Virus record (IMG/VR): IMGVR_UViG_3300028832_000127
Coordinates: 12,470 to 76,469 of that record
Length of the DNA stretch: 64,000 bases
Origin: a virus
Taxonomy: Duplodnaviria; Caudoviricetes
Direction: 5' to 3' (one strand)
Below are positions 8,073-16,456 of the stretch, piece after piece. Below the pieces are notes generated by a model. That model searched no databases. It saw nothing but the letters and a program-made list of their open reading frames with translations, and was not told the DNA's origin. The position numbers and the translations under genes were made by a program. Positions within the stretch are counted from its first letter, which is position 1; the number at the start of each line of letters is the position of its first letter.

Positions 8073-8519
8073 ATGTCTTTTTCGATACATACAGCCGAGA
8101 ACGCCGTGCGCCTCCTGATGATGCAGGGGGAGAAAGAGCCGACGGAGATATGCCGCCGCCTTTTCCACGCCGATATGCTCCACCTCTCCAAGTACGGTCG
8201 CAGCATATTGCGGGACACCTACACGCGCCAAGGCACGACACCCATACCGCAAAGGACAGCCGCCGCACTCAGCAACCCCGACTTCGACCCAAAGGAATAC
8301 GACGGCGACTACTTGTCTGTGTCAGACGTGGAATGCCTGAAAGCGTCCACCGCCGAAGGGACGGCGCAAACGCAGAAAGCGATAGGGGACACGCCCGACG
8401 GCTGCGCTATCACCACGGAAACGATGCTCCGCGCAATGGGGGAGGACGATGGCTTCATTGATTACGTCCTTGAACAAGAGGAGTTGGAGCGTTGGCTCTC
8501 AGGCAAAACGAAATTATGA
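8073..8519 (+). CDS. hypothetical protein (148 aa)
   Basis: ORF after tatttttgcgg promoter at ~8045. Confidence 0.7.
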   Translation: MSFSIHTAENAVRLLMMQGEKEPTEICRRLFHADMLHLSKYGRSILRDTYTRQGTTPIPQRTAAALSNPDFDPKEYDGDYLSVSDVECLKASTAEGTAQTQKAIGDTPDGCAITTETMLRAMGEDDGFIDYVLEQEELERWLSGKTKL

Positions 8520-8545
8520 CACGAAACCCTTAAAATATCAAGATT

Positions 8546-8875
8546 ATGACGATAAGAGAATCCCTGCGGCAGATTAACCTGTTTCCTATCCCCGACGCGA
8601 CCATTGAGGACGTATGCGAGAAACGCGGACTGACACCCGACGCGACCACGGACGCGGAGACACGCGCAGCCGCATCTTTCCGCCTTGCCACCGCCGACAT
8701 CTACAAGTGGCTCGCGTTCTGCCCCTCGTCAGTGAGCGAAAACGGCATTTCTTTCTCCATTTCGGAGAGCGACCGCCGACGCTTCCTCGACGAGGCTAAC
8801 AAGATTTACGGCGAGTTAGAGCCTGACGAAATCTACGGTCTGAGCACGATTACCGACCGCTCGTATATGTGGTAG
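8546..8875 (+). CDS. head-tail adaptor-like protein (DUF6706-type)
   Basis: MTIRESL..FPIP..KRGL..FRLATADIYKWL..SENGISFS..ANKIYGE..ITDRSYMW pattern typical of Bacteroidales phage neck proteins. Confidence 0.65.
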   Translation: MTIRESLRQINLFPIPDATIEDVCEKRGLTPDATTDAETRAAASFRLATADIYKWLAFCPSSVSENGISFSISESDRRRFLDEANKIYGELEPDEIYGLSTITDRSYMW

Positions 8876-8983
8876 GGTCTGCGATGAGGCAAAGGAAAGG
8901 GGGACACCGTTTGTGCGATGCCCCCCTCGTTTTTGGGCTGCGTCCCCTTAAAACGCCGCCCGATTGTGGGTCTTGCCAAGTAC

Positions 8984-9761
8984 CTAAAATAATGTCTTTT
9001 GCATCTGTTCGGCTTTTATGCGCCTGATGGATGCGTCGTAGTATTCCTTGTTGAGTTCAAAGCCGATGAAGTGGCGTTTTTCTCTGATTGCGGCGACCGC
9101 CGTCGTGCCGCTGCCAGAGCAGTTGTCTAAAATTACCTCCCCCTCGTTGGTGTAAGTCGCTATTAGATAGCGTATTAGCGAAATAGGCTTTTGCGTGGGG
9201 TGGAATCCGTCTGCATCACGGTCGTATTGAATGATGTCGATAGGGTAACGCTCGCCGCTGCTGATTGTCTTGACCTTCTCAAACTTGCCGTAATTCGTGC
9301 CTTGTCTGCCTGTCTGACATTTGTACGGCTCAAACCCTTTCCGCATTATGGGGTTGTACGTCGGCAGGTCTTTGTAGAACACAACGATATTTTCGTGTAT
9401 TTTTAGCGGCATTTTCTTTGCGTTCAAGAACCCCGTGCCGTTTTGCTTCTCCCATATCCATTCATATCGGAACATTTTCGGGTTGCTCATCACCAACGCC
9501 GAGGTGAACGGCTGCTGGCTGAACAGCACGATGGGCGCGGACGGCTTGCAGATGCGCTTGTATTGCGCCCACAGCTTGTCGAGCGGAATCACGCAGTCCC
9601 ACGGGTTGCGGGTCGTGCCGTTATCCGTAGGGCAAGTCGCAAATTATCGCGTCAACCGAGTGGTCGGCGATAAACGACATACCATCCAAGCAATCGCAGT
9701 TGTAGATGGAATCCGTCTCGACTTGCCCTACGTTCTTCAAATAGTCTAAATCCTTAGTCAT
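8984..9761 (-). pseudogene. beta-class N4/N6 DNA methyltransferase interrupted by a 7-nt insertion
   Basis: 9761-9621 encodes ..IYNCDCLDGM..DAIICDLPYG*; removing 9618-9624 restores DLPYGTTRNPWDCVIPLDKLW continuous with HPTQKP and LDNCSGSGTT. Confidence 0.85.
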
Positions 9762-9956
9762 TGCGTTTTATTTAGTCCATTTGCGCCTTGATAAACTTAA
9801 TCGCCACCTCCACCTCCCTTATACGCTCCATATTGTCGGCTGTGCGGGGGCGCAACTTTTTGAGGTAGAGGATTTGTTGGAGTTGCGGCAGCGTCATCTG
9901 CTTGTAAACCTCACTAAGAGGTAATTTGTTTGTCATTTTCGTGATTTTTTGGGGGG

Positions 9957-10475
9957 TTAACGTCCTGTCGAACCGTAGCCGCCTGAGCCACGATCCGTTG
10001 TTCCGAGTTCTTCAAGTGTGGCGACCTGCTCCCATTCGATGTCCTCGCCGTTGGAGAGGGCGATTTGCACAATTTTGTCGCCGATTTCGTAGTCTGAGCC
10101 ACCGACAACGCGATAATATACGGCTTTGTACTCACCGCGATAGCCTGCATCGCCTACGCCCACACCGTTGGAAAGAACCATATCATCGCCCGACAAAACG
10201 CCGTTTTCGGGATAGTTCAGGCTAATGCCAACGCCGTTTGTCAGCATCAAACCCTTTTTGCAGATAGAACTGCGGGCGAACAGAAGGAGGCTTACCTTTT
10301 TGCCATCCTTGTCGATAGGCGGAAACGCCAAGTGTATGCCTGTGCCGTAGGTAACACAGCCTTTTAGCGGTGTGTTGTCGTGCTTGGACGTTGCCTTTAC
10401 GTCCCATCCGAAGTCGTCGTCGTGCGCCCTTTGGGGCATCGTTGCACCCTCTTCAAGGTAAATTTTTACTTTCAT
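9957..10475 (-). CDS. dut: trimeric dUTPase
   Basis: DFGWDV, ARSS, GDAGYRGE, KIVQ, RGSGGYGSTG motifs. Confidence 0.9.
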   Translation of the reverse strand: MKVKIYLEEGATMPQRAHDDDFGWDVKATSKHDNTPLKGCVTYGTGIHLAFPPIDKDGKKVSLLLFARSSICKKGLMLTNGVGISLNYPENGVLSGDDMVLSNGVGVGDAGYRGEYKAVYYRVVGGSDYEIGDKIVQIALSNGEDIEWEQVATLEELGTTDRGSGGYGSTGR

Positions 10476-10487
10476 ATTTGTAGTTAT

Positions 10488-10991
10488 TTAGAATGGCAGC
10501 GGTTCGCCTGTCTGCTGTTGGTAGGACGGCTGCTGCTGTTGGGCGGAATACGCCGCCTGCGGTTGCTGATAGTAGGGCTGCTGCGGTGGTTGCTGATACG
10601 TCGGCTGTTGGTACGTCGGCTGTTGGTACGCTCCGCCTTGTTGCGGCTGTTGTGCGCCTTGTTGCGGGTGCTTCGTGCAGAGGTCAACCTGCTGCCCGAT
10701 AATCTCAGTTATCTGCCTTTCCGCGCCGCTTTGGTCGTTGTACTTGCGGTAGGTGAGTTTGCCCACCACGTTGAGTTTGTCGCCCTTGTGGATGTAAGGG
10801 ACGACACCGCCCATATTTTTCAATACGATGCGGTGGAAGTCGGTGCGGTCAGGGACTTGCTGTCCGCTCTTGGTCGTGTAGCCTTTCTCGGTGGTGGCGA
10901 GGCTGAACGTGGCTATCGCGCCGCCGTTGTCAAACGTTTTTACGTCGGGCTCGCCACAGACGTTGCCACTCAGGAATACTTGATTAATCAT
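10488..10991 (-). CDS. ssb: single-stranded DNA-binding protein
   Basis: MINQVFLSGN, ATFSLAT, TDFHRIV, KGDKLNVVGKL OB-fold; Q-rich linker; PLPF end. Confidence 0.92.
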   Translation of the reverse strand: MINQVFLSGNVCGEPDVKTFDNGGAIATFSLATTEKGYTTKSGQQVPDRTDFHRIVLKNMGGVVPYIHKGDKLNVVGKLTYRKYNDQSGAERQITEIIGQQVDLCTKHPQQGAQQPQQGGAYQQPTYQQPTYQQPPQQPYYQQPQAAYSAQQQQPSYQQQTGEPLPF

Positions 10992-11332
10992 TTGTCGTTG
11001 TGTTTATATGTGTTAATAATTGCTGATGCTGCAATATAGACGATGAACGCACCAAGGAAGATGTAAATATATTCCACGTCCCACGCTTGGGCGGCGTCCT
11101 CTACCTCCCACTCCCATTGTTGGAAGTTGGCGAAGGTGTCGTATATTTGTTGCAGCGTGCCTGTCATAGCGTTTTGTCGCTGCCCATTTCGGACAGCATT
11201 TTGTTTATTGTTCCGTTTGCTGTTTCTTTCAGAACTACGAATTTGTTAGCTTCTTGCGGAAGTAACTCGCAGTATTTTTTCAAAAACAAGAAATTCTTGT
11301 CTTGTATGTTGTTTGTAATGTTCATTGTCCTA

Positions 11333-11527
11333 TCATTTTAAGTTCAACCATTTTTTCGCGAGTTCGTCGGGTATCTGCATCACGGTTTTGTACCCTGCCT
11401 TGATGCCCTCTGTCACGATTGTTCGCACCTCTCTGTCCTTCAACTCACGCCCTTCAAGCGTGATGTAGCCGTGGAGGTTTTTGCGCCAATGTGGGCTTTG
11501 ACGTAAGCCTTGTAAGTTGCAGTCCAT
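11333..11527 (-). CDS. hypothetical protein (64 aa)
   Basis: ORF coupled to the YopX gene. Confidence 0.65.
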   Translation of the reverse strand: MDCNLQGLRQSPHWRKNLHGYITLEGRELKDREVRTIVTEGIKAGYKTVMQIPDELAKKWLNLK

Positions 11528-11529
11528 TT

Positions 11530-11949
11530 TTACTCTGTTTTAGTGGTTAGTAATTCGGGGTTGTCATGTATGTTGCCTACTATTTGCAAATAGGCAGATG
11601 CGAGAGACAAGTGTTCAATCGGTCTAAATGCACACTTGTCGAATTTTACAACAAACCTTTCAATTTTCGGCTTCCACGGGTCATTTTTTGACTCGCGATA
11701 TTCGCCTACTACGTAGTCGATGATGTCTCCATCGTATATAGGATTTTCATCACAATCTTTTAAGTCGGCATACTTGCCGACGGTTTCAGGCTTGACCACC
11801 GCCCAACTTTCAATGCAAAGTGCGCCGTTGTAAATGTAAGCGTCGTAATCAAAGGGGACAATGATACACTCGCCCTTGTCGTCTTGAATTAGATTGCCGT
11901 ACACCCACTTGCCGTTCTCGTCTTTACCTCTGTATTTGTTTTGTGTCAT
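11530..11949 (-). CDS. YopX family protein
   Basis: YRGKD..GKWVYG, TVGKYADLKD..IYDGDII, IVGNIHDNPELL. Confidence 0.85.
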   Translation of the reverse strand: MTQNKYRGKDENGKWVYGNLIQDDKGECIIVPFDYDAYIYNGALCIESWAVVKPETVGKYADLKDCDENPIYDGDIIDYVVGEYRESKNDPWKPKIERFVVKFDKCAFRPIEHLSLASAYLQIVGNIHDNPELLTTKTE

Positions 11950-12029
11950 AGTGCAAAAGTTTTTAGTGTTTCTTTACACCGCAAAGATATATCTTTTATC
12001 TTGATTGTGCAAACTTTTTTCAAAATATT

Positions 12030-12464
12030 TTAGTTAATTTTTGTTAACGGCTTTTTTCGCCGTCTTTTGAGGATTTCGGCAACAAAGACCGCCGAGTTCG
12101 CCTCGAACATAGCCTCCTGAAACTCTCGAAAGACTACCATAAAATGGTCTTTTTGTGCGTAGATTAAAAACATATTGCGCAGCCTTTTCCATCGCGCATA
12201 GGTGTATTTTTTTTGAAATAAGTGCTTCACGCCCTCATACCCCGACACTTCGGCGTACTCTGCGACAACGGCAAGCACCTGATAGCGCGGAAAGTATTTC
12301 TTCGCCTTGTCGGTGGCTCGTTTCAGCACACCCCTGCCCCACCGTTCCTGTTTCTCGGCGTAATAGCCGCCGCCGACGATGCGCGGAGTGCCGTCCTTTT
12401 TCAAAGCCGCCACGCTGCCGTCCTTGCGTATGCAGCGACCGTCTATCTGTGAACCGTCAACCAT
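12030..12464 (-). CDS. hypothetical protein (144 aa)
   Basis: ORF downstream of the Dam-like gene. Confidence 0.65.
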   Translation of the reverse strand: MVDGSQIDGRCIRKDGSVAALKKDGTPRIVGGGYYAEKQERWGRGVLKRATDKAKKYFPRYQVLAVVAEYAEVSGYEGVKHLFQKKYTYARWKRLRNMFLIYAQKDHFMVVFREFQEAMFEANSAVFVAEILKRRRKKPLTKIN

Positions 12465-12478
12465 ACTCGCCCCCTTTT

Positions 12479-13666
12479 TTAGAATAACAAACCTATCCTT
12501 TTTTTATACTCGGCTAACTGATGCCGTGGCACGTATAGCCTTTCCGTCGCTGTCTTTGCATTGTTGTACGCAGACAAAGTGCAAACAACTTTTGTCTGCG
12601 CGACCGCCACGAAATCGGGCTCGGGCATATTGTATTCCGATATTATCACTAATGGCTTTTGCCTCATCGCCCAATCGTAAAACGCCGCGTGGTCAAAGTC
12701 TCCCGTGACATATCCCGCTGCGGAAGAATAGGGGATGTCGCAGTACACCACCGAGTTAGGCGCAATGTCCACATCGTAATAGTTTTCACGCAGACCACGC
12801 AGACGCTGTATTTTCTGCCAATGTTCCAACGAATAAAAAGACGTGATTTTTTCAAGGCTGATGAGGCTGCGGATGTCAACGTCCGCCGTGTATCCGTCAA
12901 GCCCAAACAAGCTTTCATAAGAACGCGGCAGCGGCATAAACTCCTGCATCTTGGCGTATGCCTCCGCTGTCGGGAACTCCCACTGCGACCGTCCGAAGTA
13001 ATGCCGCTCCATATTTGTGCCGAGCCTTATGCCTACCTCGCGCTTGGATTTTAGACCTGATTGTTTAAATGCGTCGCAAAGATATTCGCGCAGTTCTTCC
13101 TCACGCTGTTTGATTTGCGTGTGTAGTTTGCCCTTGTAGTCTGCGTATGTAAGGTCTGTTTTTAGCACCTCGGACAGATACCAATCGGTGTAGGCGTGTT
13201 TTACAGTCTCCAAATGCTCAAAAATCCACTTCCTTGATGCCGACGGACAGCCCATTTCTTTGAGGTCTGACATATCGCCGAAAACCCGCGCCTTGTGCAG
13301 CGCAGCCTTGAAAGGTTCGAGTTCCTTGGCGTAAAGATAGTTCTCGCCGTTGCCGCCAAAACTATAACAGAAAAAGGCGATTTCGTCGGTGGTGCGCGTG
13401 CGGTCGTACTCCTCGCGGCTTATGAAGTGTTGCAGCCTCTCGTCGGAATATTCGCCGTTTGCCGCCTTGACAAAGCCTTGGCACAAGGGGTTGAGGTCGT
13501 TGAATACGAAGTTGCGGAACTTGCCGCTGCGGATTGCCGCGTGGGTGACAGCACCCCCACCTCCGAACAGGTCGTAGAAGTTGTCGGCGTGGGGGATGTT
13601 GTCTAACACCCATTCCGCTATCTTGTTTTTACTACCTTGGTAATTCAGACCGTACTTTATTAGCAT
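12479..13666 (-). CDS. Dam/D12-class N6-adenine DNA methyltransferase with an internal HTH-like insert
   Basis: YQGSKN, YDLFGGGGAV, FNDLN, VVYCDIPY, IISEY; insert with MERHYFGRSQWEFPT. Confidence 0.85.
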   Translation of the reverse strand: MLIKYGLNYQGSKNKIAEWVLDNIPHADNFYDLFGGGGAVTHAAIRSGKFRNFVFNDLNPLCQGFVKAANGEYSDERLQHFISREEYDRTRTTDEIAFFCYSFGGNGENYLYAKELEPFKAALHKARVFGDMSDLKEMGCPSASRKWIFEHLETVKHAYTDWYLSEVLKTDLTYADYKGKLHTQIKQREEELREYLCDAFKQSGLKSKREVGIRLGTNMERHYFGRSQWEFPTAEAYAKMQEFMPLPRSYESLFGLDGYTADVDIRSLISLEKITSFYSLEHWQKIQRLRGLRENYYDVDIAPNSVVYCDIPYSSAAGYVTGDFDHAAFYDWAMRQKPLVIISEYNMPEPDFVAVAQTKVVCTLSAYNNAKTATERLYVPRHQLAEYKKRIGLLF

Positions 13667-13756
13667 TTTTGGCGTGGTTTGTAATGATGCGCAAAAATAC
13701 ATCAATTTTTATGATTTTGCAAACATTTATCAAAAATTGCAAAAAAAATTATCATA

Positions 13757-14878
13757 TCAGAACAGCGTCAACTGCGCGTCCTCGTTGGATGTGTCGATAA
13801 ACATTTTGCGGAATATCGCCTCCAACACGTCCACGACGATAGAGTTGCCCGCGAGTTTGTATTGTTGTGAGTTGCTTATCCCTGCGGCTTGGATGCGGTC
13901 TATGTAGATGTCGTCCACGTCCATAAGTCTGAAACATTCGCGAGGGGTAAGGCGGCGGATGCGGTCGCCGTGTTGCTTGCTGAGGATTTTCGGTTGTAAG
14001 TTGCCGCCCTCGCAGCAATTGAGGGTGGGGGATATGCCGTCGGGGGAATAGACGCGGCGTGTAGATTCGTGCGCGTTCATATTTGCAATGCTGTCGACGC
14101 ACTCTATCTGAGGCTCGTTGACTTTAAGCAAGAGCGGTTCTATGCCCTCGTGCGCGGTGATGCAACGGCTTATCTTGTCGCCGTAGGCATCTTGCACGTA
14201 CTTTCGCATTTTGTATTTCGAGGCGAAGCGTCCCTCTAACTGCGCGTCGGTGTAGTAGAAGTGCTCGGGTACGCCGTCAACTTCGAGGACGTGGCAGAGC
14301 CTTTTTTCGAGCCGTTTTTTCTTTGGAAAAAAGAACGGCGCTTTGCCGAGCGCCGAAACAACAAAGAGGCGGTTTCTTGATTGCGGCACTCCGTAGTCTT
14401 TCGCGTTGAGGCATTTGGCGTAGTTGGTGTAGCCGTAGCGCGTGAGGGTGTCGAGCCAACGTCGCAAAAGGGGCATAAAGGTCTTGGTGGTGAGTGCAGG
14501 GACGTTTTCCATCAAGAGCCATTGGGGCCTCTTGGCTTGGATGGCTCTTTCGACTTTCCATAACAGGCTCGACCTCGTGCCGCTGCCTTTCTCTCCCCCT
14601 GCTTGCAGTCCTGCGATGGAGAAGTCTTGGCAGGGGCTGCTGTAAGTCAAAAGGTCGAAGTCAGGCACTTTGTCCCAGTCTATCTTGCTGATGTCGCCGT
14701 AGTTTGGAACATCCTCGCCGTGTACCGCGTGGTAGGCTTTGATTGCGTGGGGGTCAATCTCCGAAATGCCGACGGGGACGACCTTGATTTTGTCGGGGTG
14801 GGCGCGTTCCAAACGCCGCAACGCCATCAACTGCGAGCCATAGCCCGCGAAACTCTCAAAAACTCTGATTGTCTGCAT
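13757..14878 (-). CDS. C5-cytosine DNA methyltransferase
   Basis: FESFAGYG, SPCQDFS, MENV, PQSRNR, RRLTPRECFRLM, YKLAGNS. Confidence 0.93.
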   Translation of the reverse strand: MQTIRVFESFAGYGSQLMALRRLERAHPDKIKVVPVGISEIDPHAIKAYHAVHGEDVPNYGDISKIDWDKVPDFDLLTYSSPCQDFSIAGLQAGGEKGSGTRSSLLWKVERAIQAKRPQWLLMENVPALTTKTFMPLLRRWLDTLTRYGYTNYAKCLNAKDYGVPQSRNRLFVVSALGKAPFFFPKKKRLEKRLCHVLEVDGVPEHFYYTDAQLEGRFASKYKMRKYVQDAYGDKISRCITAHEGIEPLLLKVNEPQIECVDSIANMNAHESTRRVYSPDGISPTLNCCEGGNLQPKILSKQHGDRIRRLTPRECFRLMDVDDIYIDRIQAAGISNSQQYKLAGNSIVVDVLEAIFRKMFIDTSNEDAQLTLF

Positions 14879-14889
14879 TTTATATGTTG

Positions 14890-15564
14890 TTATTTATTTA
14901 AAAACTTTACACTTAATCCGTTTGCGTCGATAATGCGCAAAAGGAGCGTCTCGTCGGTCTCAAACTTCGCGTCGAGGATGTGGAACGCATCGACCACCTG
15001 CGACATATCGAAGTTTTTGTCTATCACGTTGTCATAACATAGCGAGATAGACGTTATGTGCTTGTTGATTGCGGTTATCCCCGTGTTCGTGCCGTCCACG
15101 CCCGCCATATTCGCAAAGCGAGCGATTCCGTTGTCTTGAATGATTAACTGCGAGAGTTTGGATAATAGCCAACACTGCATAAAAGCCGCCACAAGGTTGG
15201 CGCGTTCCGTGAAAGCGTGGTGGAGATTGTTGGTAATCGTGCATTTCATAATCGTTTCGTCGGCGAGGATAGGCTGCGCGATTTCGAGGTACTTCTGCCG
15301 CATCACCGCCTCGTCGCCTTGGAATTGTTGGTATTCGTAGTTCTTGATTGCCTCCCTGAGTTGTCTAACGTACTTCCGCACGTTCTTGTAGTTGCTGCGA
15401 TATTCGGGTGTGGTCTCGACTATCTCGATGAACTCCTCCGCCCTGATGTCGGCGAGGATGCCGATGAACATCGCCTGATAGAGAAAAGCGAGTTTCCGCG
15501 TCTGCGCTTCGGTGAGCCATTCGCCCTGATTTTGTGCGTTTTGTGTTTGTTTGTTTGTATCCAT
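14890..15564 (-). CDS. hypothetical protein (224 aa)
   Basis: Long ORF in the replication operon. Confidence 0.7.
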   Translation of the reverse strand: MDTNKQTQNAQNQGEWLTEAQTRKLAFLYQAMFIGILADIRAEEFIEIVETTPEYRSNYKNVRKYVRQLREAIKNYEYQQFQGDEAVMRQKYLEIAQPILADETIMKCTITNNLHHAFTERANLVAAFMQCWLLSKLSQLIIQDNGIARFANMAGVDGTNTGITAINKHITSISLCYDNVIDKNFDMSQVVDAFHILDAKFETDETLLLRIIDANGLSVKFLNK

Positions 15565-15703
15565 TTTTTTAAGTGTATTTTTTACACGCGCTAACCCTTG
15601 ACCTTTTAAGCTGTTTTAGCGCATTAAATTTTAAAGATGATTATTTTATTTGCTCCGCCATAAAAACCGCTAATTTTTGAGATTTTGCGGTAAATATGGG
15701 ATT

Positions 15704-16456
15704 TTATACATAGTCACGGATGTCCTTGCCGCTCTCTTTTACTTTCTCAAAAAATTTTATGACAAGTGCGGTCTTGCTTTTTATGACCGCATGCAACTTG
15801 GCAATGTCGGTGTCGGCAACGCCAATTGTGACAATCCCCTTCCTACTTCTCGCTGCCACCCTGCTGCATTCACTCTTGAAGTGATAGGCAAAAAGTCTGT
15901 TTTTTTCCTCGTCGGTGGGCTTAATCGCCTTGATAGCGATTAGGTAGTCATAGGACATGCCGTGGAAGTCTAAGAACTCGCCTTTTTTAAGCCATGATTG
16001 GTAACTCATGTAAATAAGTTTGCGCCGTTGCTCGTTGTCCTCCGCCTCGGTCACGGTCGCTTTCTGCGGAAGTGCTGCTACGGCTGCGGCTTTTTTTGCG
16101 TTGTTTTGCGCAGCTATGCGGTCGGGGTCGGTAATGTAGGCGTTGAGCCAGTCCACGATGGCGCACACCGACACGCTGTAAACTTCGCCGTACTTGCCCA
16201 GCACACCGTCACCGATTGCCTTTTTGATGTCATACGGCGTAAGGGAGCGAAATTGCTGGTTTATGATTTGGCGGAGGTCTGTGCAGACCATATCCAGCGT
16301 TCTCGGTTCTATGGACTGCCCCTTGCGGAAGTATGCGAGGGAGACAGCCTGTCGGAGGTCGTCGTTAGAAATTGCCGATTGCGGCAAGGTATTGGGTTGC
16401 TGCGTCGGTTGTGTCGCCACCGCTTGTGTTGTCTGTGGTTCCATTTTGTTGTTCAT
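15704..16456 (-). CDS. hypothetical replication-associated protein (250 aa)
   Basis: Immediately follows the initiator; role inferred from position only. Confidence 0.6.
   Translation of the reverse strand: MNNKMEPQTTQAVATQPTQQPNTLPQSAISNDDLRQAVSLAYFRKGQSIEPRTLDMVCTDLRQIINQQFRSLTPYDIKKAIGDGVLGKYGEVYSVSVCAIVDWLNAYITDPDRIAAQNNAKKAAAVAALPQKATVTEAEDNEQRRKLIYMSYQSWLKKGEFLDFHGMSYDYLIAIKAIKPTDEEKNRLFAYHFKSECSRVAARSRKGIVTIGVADTDIAKLHAVIKSKTALVIKFFEKVKESGKDIRDYV

Noticed and set aside
8897-8935. Similar hairpins at 3627 and 8897 (GGGACACCG..GATGCCCC) as a novel repeat family
   Set aside because: Both sit between convergent genes and are adequately explained as bidirectional terminators.
10540-10680. 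Tandem repeats in ssb (QQPTY/QQPYY)
   Set aside because: In-frame codon-multiple repeats forming the usual disordered SSB linker.
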